From Antedon mediterranea (Eukaryota > Animalia > Echinodermata): 64,000 nucleotides of DNA. Position numbers and translations under genes: made by a program. A model generated the notes under the pieces. The model had not been told where the DNA came from and made no database searches. It saw only the letters and a list, made by a program, of their open reading frames with translations. This document shows, one piece after another, positions 53,806 through 64,000 of the stretch (positions are counted from its first letter, which is position 1; each line of letters starts with the position of its first letter). The stretch lies in assembly GCF_964355755.1 (NCBI RefSeq), contig NC_092677.1, positions 11,306,101 through 11,370,100 on the forward strand, in the 5' to 3' direction.

Positions 53806-54780
53806 CAGGCCCGTAGCCAGGGGGGGTTTTTATGGTTCGGGCGAACCCCCATCCCCGACATGCCCAATACCTCACCCTCATCTCCGAAAATCGTCCAAAT
53901 ACGTGCCCCACAGTACAAAAAGTTGTTCGTAAATTAAAAAATTCGTAAACTCGTTCGGAATACAGTACCTTCTTCCCTGTATGAGCGTACTTCGAGCGAT
54001 ATAGTCTGTAAATTTCTAAGAGTTGCAAATGAATTGCCGATTTTAACCTGAAAAATAAATGTTTGGTCCCTGCATGTAACATGATATTGACGCGTCTCAC
54101 AGCGAGCTGGGGGACGAACGATTCGTACAAAGGACACCGCCAGACAACTGCGTACGTACCAATTGTTTAGATCACTGGCAGTCAGGCAGCATGCATAAAG
54201 TATATAGCCTTCCGACATACATCAGTATTTATGTGTGGCTATGAAGTATAATGTATCATAGAGGATTATAGTGAATATTAATATTTTACACTATAATCTC
54301 TATGGTATCATGTACTGTAGTTCACATTATGGCATCCGATTATTTTTTTCTAGACCACCAGCCGATACGTACTCAAATGTATCAATATCACCTATTTACA
54401 TTGGCATATTTAATTTCCTCAACAAATTGCTGTAAATAAATATTATAGATAGAGCTATAATAAGAATTGCATTTGCTTTCACCCAGTGTGCTTTTTTCGG
54501 GGCTTCTCCTAGACGTACGTTCGCATTGAACTTGAACGCAAAACAAAATATCGAGTAAATGATCAAACAATCGGCGGTTCCGCACAGAGCACGCGCATCT
54601 AACATACGGCAACAAATGTTATCGTTTAAATAGTCCACGAGTCCAAGTACGATCGTTTTGCTCATTGGTAGCATGCTGCATGAGAGTGTCTTTTCCGGCC
54701 ATCTAGCAAAATCATTTAACAAAATTTGCTTCGCCTCAGGCCCCACCCCAGGGGGGGGGGGGGTAGGTATGGGGGTGGGG
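53806..54780. mobile_element. Probable non-autonomous hAT-like element (left end clear, right end not found)
   Basis: Begins CAGGCCCGTAGCCAGGGGGGG, has a CpG-rich interior and GCTTCGCC..GGCCCC..poly-G at ~54728-54780. Confidence 0.35.
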
Positions 54781-57700
54781 GTGACCCAAATAACTACCGA
54801 TTAACGCACTGTTTTGTGTGATCTGTTCGAATACCAAGGCGTGGCCATCGCTAAGTTACTTACCACACCTTTGTACAGATTAGGCATGGCTAATTGTATT
54901 TTTTTAAATTACCAATGAGCAATTATATTACCCATGTATTTGCTTTTGTTAATGTTTTAAAATAAGTTTGTTAAAAATAAATTAATTTTTTTTAAATACA
55001 TTTTATTCCCACAGCCATACCACTGTCAGATATTAGAACAATTTTATTTCATATTTCTCAGTTCTGTAGTCGTTCCTCGTCCAAGCAGATAGGTTACTCG
55101 ATTGTAAACCTAAGTACTAAGCTGTATAATACATACACACTTTGCAACCCCCATCAGCTCCAAAGCAGAGCACGTCTGACAAATAAGTACATATGAATTA
55201 TGACTTTATTCATTTAAAATTGAATAACGTAGCCCTAGAATAATTAGGCCTAATTACACATTAAAAACAGTATTGACAATATAGGCATATAAAGTGATAA
55301 GAGAAAGAATCTTTTATATTAACTTTTAATTTTCAAGCATTACGATACGAATTGAACGTGTCAATTCAAAAAATATATAACGTGTTGCTATGTTATTACA
55401 GTGAATCTACAGCCTTCCTCTGATTGGTCAGAAGTTGGAGACGTTAGTATGGAGCGCTTCAATTCTCTCGTAGATGGGGCCATTGCCAGCCAACATCATG
55501 AGCAATTTAAAAGGAAAGTATTTAGCTCCAAAATGACCCCTTGATGGAGTTGTTTTTTTAAAAAGCTTTATTTTTTATTGACGCGCGATGATTGCTAATG
55601 ATGACATATTCTGTATGATGATGAGGTGTGCCATTGGACATTACCGCGTTTTTTTATTTATATGTCACAGAAATTATTTATTTACAAACATGAAAGTCCA
55701 ACAACTTGTTGCTCTTAGACGGACAGATAACACGTTTAATTTTGATATCTTTTAATTCCATCAATTAAATATTAAAATATAATGTACCTTTTAAATAACT
55801 ATATTATTATCCTAAATATTGACAAAATAATTTAACGCATGAAGTGTATTGACTAAAGAGGACAATGTGTTAAATTCCCCCATTTCATGGCCGGATGATC
55901 ATAACTGCTAGGTGCGACTGTCTCAGTCCCTAGACGCTTTGTAACAACCTAGTGGAAAAATACGATGTGTATATTACATGAGTCGCTGGTCGTCGATCAC
56001 ATTTCATTCTTTTGACAATAATAATCCATCATAGTAAGTACTGAACGCGCTTATAGCTTGGACATTGTTTGTCATAAAATTCCATATCAACATAATGAAA
56101 ATGTATACTTGACGGAGAAGCGCGCGCCTCAATTGGTGGATTGACACAGCGCTAATGGAACTAGGCCATTTCGACAGGTGCATTTGAAAGTAAAATTAAT
56201 TTCATAAATCACGATCCATGCGTTTCAAGCAGCGTACATCCTCGTTCGTCTTGAAAATTACCAGAATTATATGCGTTTACATGTCAAGAACTTCGCCTTA
56301 GCCAACCGACGGACATAATACTATAATAGACACAGCGTACTTGTCATACTCAAATTCGCTAATTATGTGTAGTTATAAAGATTTCAAAAATTGTTGGCTT
56401 ATTATAGTCACGTGTCCATTTCTAATGCTTTGTACCGTGATGGATAGTGGCATTTTTTATGCTTTTGATGTATCGTTATTAATCTCATGAAGACATTTAT
56501 AACAAATGTTGTCCCTTTTTTATTTCTTCGTTATTTCACAAGGCCTACTTTATTTACCTTTTATTAGAATTCAAAAAGTAAATGATCCCTAAAAAATAAA
56601 TGCAATTAGGCCTACTAAAGGGGAAGATGATTAGTTGATTAAACGTGAAATTAGTGTGTGTAATAATGTACTGATTTAATTTAATTTATGTAATCAAATG
56701 TTTGTATTAATTCGCACACATAACACTTTCCACTAGGACGCAACGCAGGCACCTACTGTATAAGGCTATATCGTAAGTAATTTGACCAATCCGATGCGAT
56801 GGATCATAAACTATCGATTTCTCAACTCAATTGCGTTGCGCTTACGCAAGCGCAACCGTATTCAATCACGAACGCAAATGAACATCCGAACTATCACTTG
56901 ACATTGGTCAACTCACTTTCGTTGCGCGCGCTTATAACTTTGTACCCCTTAGGTTACGCGACATAGCGTGTGCAGTACATGTAGGCCTATATCTTGGTGT
57001 TTAATGTCTTTAAAATTGTTTTTAAATCATCACCCAGAAAACATATTAGTCCAATCATTAAAACATAATTCGAGATTTCAGGAGATGTCGTTAAAAACGA
57101 TATTTATCTTCGGGTACCGTGCAACCGTGAAACATTGAATTCGACATTGTCAGTCGAAATGAAATTTGAGAGATATCTTGCAATTGATGGTGTTATAAGA
57201 CGCATTGATTTTGTTGAAACATGTCAAGTAAGAAAGGACATTTCTTCTGTAAAGCCTTTTGCGACATGAAATGCAACGGATGAATTATTATATCTCGTTT
57301 GTAATGATCAAAAACTCCGCTTAACGCGACGTGATTTTAATGAGCGTATAATAGGTGCGGTTCATTCTAACGCAAATATTGCATTTTGTTTATCAAATAA
57401 CTCCGTTGTTTATTTATTTATTTATTGAGCATAAGCTTTTTGTTTTTATCATCTATAATTTCGTAGTGCATCCACATTAAAACAAAAGACAAGATGGTAT
57501 TTAATTACATCATCATGATATTGTTAAAATCTATGTCTCTAAACCCAAGTGGTCTGATAATATTAGGATTATACTTAAATTTATAATTTATATATTGTTA
57601 AATAAATGTAGCCTATATATAAGTGTGGGTGTGGTCAATGCTTGGTGTGGTCTAGGATTTACTTACGATGTGCAAGAGTGGGTGGGTTTGATGATAGTTC

Positions 57701-59317
57701 TATTTACTGTTTAATGTTACGCAAGCATGGGTGCCAAAGTATGCAAAATGTCTTTCTTGAGCCTAAGGGGTGTCATAATCATTGGGTTTAAATCTCTGGA
57801 GCAACTCCCACCAGGAGGGAAATCCACATGGCGCCACTATTCCACTAATTATTAATGAAAAGACAAATTTGCATATCGACATGAGTTTATAGTTTCGGTA
57901 TTGAGAATCTTATTCTCGCTTTTTACTTATTATTACTCAATTCGCTGAGAACTTTTGTAACGAACAATTAAATATATTGTGTATTGACCAGCGCCCCAAA
58001 TGCATTTTAAAAATGTGATCGACGTCATCACAGTACATCTGACGCATGCGTAGATTATTCTTTCTCAGCGATCTAAAGTATCTGAATTATTTTTAAAAAT
58101 TAGGCGCACGCCCCAGGCCGCACCACACACCGTTCATCGCGTTTGATACATGCGACTTGTGGAAGCGTGTCTAAATGTTGTTCTCCGCCGCCATGTACCG
58201 TACCTGGGGCCACCTTGCACAGCAATTCAATAATGTATTACTGTACTGTACTTAAAATTTAAACCATCTTATTTGTGAATTACATTGATAAGATATCAAG
58301 CACAAAGCAGGATCAAGCGGTTAAATGATGTAACATAAACATAATGTACTGTATGATGAGGCCTAGTATGCAAATAGAGTGTAATGTCTGTTTCGTATGA
58401 TTGATATGATATGATATGTGTCAATGTACTTCTTTGGTCCTGATTGTTTGCTACTCCTTGCCGTGTAAATAGACACATTGTGCACTTTTAAATAGTCATT
58501 TTCTTGTATATTATTAACACCACATTCTTAACTTCCTAACACTTCGTCGACGTTGGTCTATCTACAAGTATGCTGCATGATGGTATTTGATTATCGATTT
58601 TGCATCATTAACTTTTCCATGTTTCGGATAATGTACACCAGTTTATTTGATATGTAATCGTTTTACTGTCTGTTATGTTTATAAATTGCGTTATGAACAA
58701 AAATCAATGTTATAGTTTTTAAGGTGCTAAGTTTGTCTCATCCGGCGTGTATGCACCAGTGTTTGACGCGACTTGTTTTACACTCGACATCCCATTATCC
58801 ACTTGACTATTCATACGGCTACGCGCAATCACAAGTAGCGACTTAAGTATTTTTGTATATTGTTAATGATATAGATAACAATATTATATGCAGTTGGTGT
58901 ATTACGTGAATGGCCGGAAACAAGCAACTGAAACTTAATAATATGCATCCAATGAGAGCTAATATGCCTCCCAGGATTATCAGGATACTGCTAGGGTTAC
59001 AATAGTTCACTTGCAATTTTGAGTTGATCTTTCTCGCGGGAAAGCCTACTTATTCGGGCCATTGGGCGTGACCATATTATTTCAAAATCAAAGAAAGCCT
59101 ACTACAAAAAAATTAGTATATATATAGTACATTAAAAGAAACGTTGTATATGAAATATAGGCCCAATTTTAGGATACTGTCACTGAAGATTCACTTCCTA
59201 GGTGGTATCTCCCACATCTGGTATCTCCCACATTGATAAACCCACGAAGTAAGGCTGTATTCTCTTTTGTTATTACGTCTTTTTATGCAGGTGATTTTTA
59301 ATCATGTTAGGCCTACC

Positions 59318-59343
59318 CATGGAGATATTGTTATACCTCCATG
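59318..59343. mobile_element. 26-bp CATGGAG...CTCCATG inverted repeat with 7-bp TSD
   Basis: GCCTACC|CATGGAGATATTGTTATACCTCCATG|GCCTACC. Confidence 0.7.
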
Positions 59344-62300
59344 GCCTACCCGTAAACTCATGAACATTTGCTTTATTGCGTCCGTCTTTATTGATTCAAA
59401 TCAATTGATTAAATCCTACCTTGCATTCTAACTAAATATGCTGAGGCTTCTACGACTGAATAACCAGTTCGCAGGCTCACAGATTAATTTTTTGCCGATT
59501 TTTACCTTTACTTTCCGTTTGCGTATCGTCGTAGCAGGCGGCACGGTTTGATGGTTCGGGGTTCGAAACCCTGGAGAATATATACGCACACGGGGCGTTT
59601 CAAATGTGCTGGGGCTAAGTGTAAGAGGAGACACATACCTCAGCTGATGAGGTAAGACATTTATTTTGTAATTTCGTGTTGAATAATCAAAATAAAAAGA
59701 GGCTAATAAAATATAATCAAAGGGTATGTTTTCCAATTAGGCGGTTGCGCAGTGAATCCAACGGGTAGAACATTCGACCAATTCTGCACGTGCACATTAA
59801 AAACATAGGCCTGTACAATTCTAGGCCTACTAATAATTATATTCTACCGTATTGTGTATGCTGTATCAAGCAGATAGCCCTATATTATATCTAGCAATAT
59901 TGGTGATTCTTATCCAGGGAGTTGTTTTTGATTATTTTTGTAAAGTAGGCCTGTAATTTCAAAAGTGCTTTGAATATGTGTACCAAACTAAACGTTTTCT
60001 TACCATAATTGTTAGAGGCCAAAACGAGTCAAAGAAGAGTATTAATTGACAAGAGTACTGTCATCCTAAGAAAAATAAGTAGTTTATAATGCTGAATCTG
60101 CAGTGTTATGACTACAAAAACAAATGCTTTATTTGTTCTTATGACAAAGAAAATAAATCAGGTGTCATAACGCATATTTTTCTTGGTGTTTTGTGAACAA
60201 GTTGCGCTCTGATGGTTACAGAAATTGATTACTTCCGAGTATGTGGTGTGAAACGTTATGTAGCGGCACGTCGTATTTTTATGTCAAGATCCTCAGAATA
60301 CTAATTTTAACCTAGACTAGATGAAAGGTTAGGTTTATGGTTAAAAACTTTTGTATGAGCTATTATTATTTTATTCATTGAGTTCATAAACAGAACCGGA
60401 AGGTATGTTGTCGATCAGGAGCCGGGTCAAAACAGCAGGAATCCTTTTAATCACTCCTACCCATAACTAGGGTTTACGGTTCGCTGTTATTAACAATATA
60501 TTTCTAATTAAGTTGTAGGTTTGTTTTTTGTTTTGTTTTTTTATTTACTTGATGCAAGAAGCTGTACCCACATAAAGTACATAGTAAATGACATCATTTA
60601 TATAAGTTAACTTAAAAAGTTTTTTAGTCATAGAGGAACAAAACACAACAAATGTTTGTATAGACCTGGATTTTTTAATTTTTGTTTTACTTACCTATTC
60701 GTTTACATTACATCAATGTAAGACTCAAGAGGCCTGGGAACTATAGCCTATACTTTTCAAATAATCATTTTTACTATTCCTGCCTCAGCATCTGAATAAT
60801 ATTTATTAGCTACAGTTGTTATAGTGTGTACATCTTGAATTAACATTTATTTTATTTTCTTTAATTTATTCATTCAAATAGAAATGTTACTAAATAAACC
60901 TATACCGAGAAAGATATGCTACAATGCAAAGCGATGGGTACTTTTGGCAGAATTGGCTTGCCATACATGGTGGGTGATAGTAAATAATATTGAAAAACGA
61001 ACATTAATGATTTAATGTATTCATTCAAATTAGAACGAACATGTTGAAACTGAAGACTAACTTAGATATTCTACTTTTGTAAGCGATGAGTACTTTTGGC
61101 AGACTGGGCTTGCCATACATGTTGATACTAAAATAAAATCATATTCAAAAACGAAAATTAATGATTGCATACAAATAAAACATCAGATTTGGATTTAAAA
61201 AAAATGATTAACTTGTGGCTCAACCCCCTAAAATCAACGGAGGTGTAAATTGGTGTTAGCCTTGAAAGTTTTTGCAATTTAACTGAGTTTGCCGATGGGC
61301 TCGTCAATTGATACACCAGGTTCACACATGTTTATGTTATTCCTGCTGCACTGTTAATATCATTATGTACACGTAACCTGCTATATTAAGTACCGGTATT
61401 TTATAACACCTGGTTCAATTTTAGAACAACTTGTCGAGTTACGTCATCGAGGAGTGTTTTTATTCGATATTTATTATTATTATTACGTAGGTTATATTCA
61501 ATTTCAATATAACATTTATTCAATAATGGTAAGACAAATAATACAAGAATAATAAAAAATAAGAAACAGTAATACAATACAAAAACAAGAAGAGGTAAAT
61601 AGATGAAAGGAATGCCATCATTCAATGCGCTTTACTTGCTTTTTTTGTATTTCTTTGTATAGTTGTAGTGTCTTAATTATGCAAAGATATGTGATATTGT
61701 TTAGAATTTGTATTAAGTTTTCCAATATGTTATGTTATGTTATAAGATTTATACAGCGCACATATCCACTAAAGTGCTCAAGGCGCTTAAATGTGTTAGT
61801 ATTTATTGTTTTAAATATGTTTAATCCATTCCATTCTATATTAGTGTCGGGATTCCCGTTGTTGAATTTGACGGAAAACAAATAAATAAATAAAGCAAAT
61901 TTAATGTGGTTATATATATTGTATTATGTATTTCTATACAGATCTAATTAATTGGTTTACTTTTTTGTTTTGATGTTATATATTAGTGTTTAGAACTTTG
62001 TGACTAATTATTTGCAATTTTTGTCTGTAAATTGGATGCACCATTAACTGATAAATGTGTGCCACCGATATAAAGGTGATTCCTATGAATAAACACAATA
62101 ACATTAAATGAAAACTATCTTCTTTATGTTCAACCACATTCGTAATTTCCACGTGACTGCAGCAGCTATTGGAAGTTGATTAATTCGTTTCGTCTTCCGG
62201 GTCTTTTTTTGAACTTTCTGTAACATTTTGTTTGAAAGTTATACGTTACTATAAGTACTTTCACACCTCACTGCCTAAAGCGTTATGTTTTTCTTTCCAG

Positions 62301-62434
62301 AAAAACTATTTTATACAAAGCTTTAAAAAAAATCCGAAAAAATCGTCAAAAAACTCTTATAGTTATACATCACTTCAAAATTGCGCTGATATTTTTAGCC
62401 TAATTTAATAAACGTATGAAACAATTTAATTATG

Positions 62435-62525
62435 AATTATTCATTATATGAATTATTCATTAGATAGCCTGCCTTATTCATTAGATAGCCTGCCTTATTC
62501 ATTAGATAGCCTGCCTTATTCATTT
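62435..62525. repeat. Short tandem repeats (TTATTCATTAGATAGCCTGCC x3, preceded by ATGAATTATTCATT x2)
   Basis: Direct reading of the sequence. Confidence 0.9.
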
Positions 62526-63177
62526 GATAATAAAACTAAAACTTACATCCACAGTAATTAAAGAAACTTTCCGATCTGATTAAAAGTGTTTAATTAAACT
62601 CAATAAAAACACCAAACTTAATATCGATTTTAAAAATCTTCACAGTGTAAATTTCTCCAATACACTCCAATTAGCGTTATAATAGCTTATACAGCAGACA
62701 AGCCTATTTGCTTTTTAAATATGATTTTTAAGAGGCCTAGCGATAAATCATGATTTTTGCAATGTGACTTTATAACATCAAATATTACTTTGAAGTGTGT
62801 GACCGTTGCACGGAATGCGGCCAGTTGGTAATTAATATGCGGTAGGCCGGTTACAACATGACTTCTAACATTAAGGGCCTATCAGAATGCATTATCGTTG
62901 CCTTTCACAAATGTACGCCACATTATTATGACATTGTACCTTTTTGGAAATTAAAAACGATTAATTACCATTGAAGCGGAAACATAATTCAAAGTAAATT
63001 CGTTAGACCATGGTTAGACACCGTATTTGTGTAGTCTACTCGTTTAAGAAGCGATTCATTATATTTGCCTAGAAAGGCGTAAAATCCATGCCGAGTCTAT
63101 ACTCACTCAAATATAGTCTGCGCAATGGATAGCATATCTAATTTACATCTGTAGTGCGAGGATGAAAGACCTAACAT

Positions 63178-63207
63178 CATGGAGTAAAGAATATTCTTTA
63201 CTCCATG
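63178..63207. mobile_element. 30-bp perfect palindrome with 7-bp TSD (P-element-like termini)
   Basis: CTAACAT|CATGGAGTAAAGAATATTCTTTACTCCATG|CTAACAT. Confidence 0.8.
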
Positions 63208-64000
63208 CTAACATCCAAGAAAACTGATTTTCGTTGATAAGTAATAAAACAATTATTTAAAACCTGCTTATAGGTTGTCGGTACACGTTTATTTCGATTC
63301 GTTCAGCACGACTTTCAAAGTAAAACATACGAATATCCATGAACGAATTTTGATCATGAAATTGTCAAAGTGCAAATGTTGGTTTCTCGTTGTAAATTAC
63401 GTCATATTAAAACGCTCGTGGATTCGTTGGTCATTGACCTCTAGGTTCCGACAACCTGTTTATTTCCGAAGAAGACACTGTCTCGTGGTGGGATGTATAG
63501 TATCGCGACATAATGTCGATTACAATGACTAACGCCTGAAATATGATGATGAATAAAAAAATAATAACTCCGGCTCATGAACACGTCTCTTTTGTTCGAC
63601 AATTGCGCAAAATAGATGAGCAAGCGACGGCCTTGTTCTGAACTCACTCGAATTGACATAACTTCGCTCCAGCTCTCGACCACAATAAAAACTAATGATA
63701 TTCCGTAATAATAATTTTCTTATTACATGAATTAATTAAGTGATTTTGTATTATTAAAATGTGTAGTTTAACGAAACTATAATAACCGTGATACGAACTC
63801 AGTGAATGTAATAATATGACATTGTGGCAACCTTTATCTTTATTAAGAACAATCAGACGTTCTAAGTATTATTAATAATACTTTAATTGATATAGTTACG
63901 TACGTTCCAGCCTCTAATGTTGATTAAATGATATAATAATGAAATAGTAACGTTTGTCCGTGTTCAGATGCTAATATTGGTTGTTTAGTTTTCAGTATGA

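Noticed and set aside
53613-54746. Cluster of 75-116-aa minus-strand ORFs as a transposase
   Set aside because: No DDE, BED or THAP motifs visible; explained by higher GC and a tandem repeat
59596-59660. Hammerhead ribozyme (CTGATGAG on +; CTGAGG...GAAAC on -)
   Set aside because: The plus strand lacks stem II plus GAAA, and the minus-strand core lacks the invariant A9
8000-64000. Conserved miRNA genes (seed-like hits such as TGGAATGTAAA at 24401, TGGAAGACT at 22416, TGGACGGAG at 47428)
   Set aside because: Matches stop after the seed and no hairpin is evident; a miRBase/MirGeneDB search would be decisive

Overview
AT-rich eukaryotic (animal) genomic DNA, most likely a marine invertebrate deuterostome such as an echinoderm. 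The taxon is an inference from gene orthology, the Deu/Nin-type SINE and the AGGCCT-rich tracts. Only two protein-coding regions are well supported, both C2H2 zinc-finger genes on the + strand: the 3' end of a ZNF507-like gene (<2..289) and a ZFP64-like gene whose whole CDS sits in one exon (likely 4893..7481). The remaining ~56 kb is non-coding: several MITE families (PIF/Harbinger-, Tc1/mariner-, hAT- and Kolobok-like), tRNA-derived SINEs and tRNA-like sequences, and three minisatellites (58, 19/38 and 21 bp). Almost all other listed ORFs are chance or repeat-derived. The leads most worth checking are (1) ultra-short CATG...CATG palindromes with 7-bp target duplications that look like P-element excision footprints, (2) a possible second transcript sharing exon 1 with ZFP64 via an 8-nt micro-exon, plus an overlapping uORF, (3) a TTGCGCAA (C/EBP-site)-packed foldback element in the ZFP64 intron, and (4) a CpG transition near 49.5-50.3 kb. 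I see no clear new protein-based system. All family names come from recall, not database searches.
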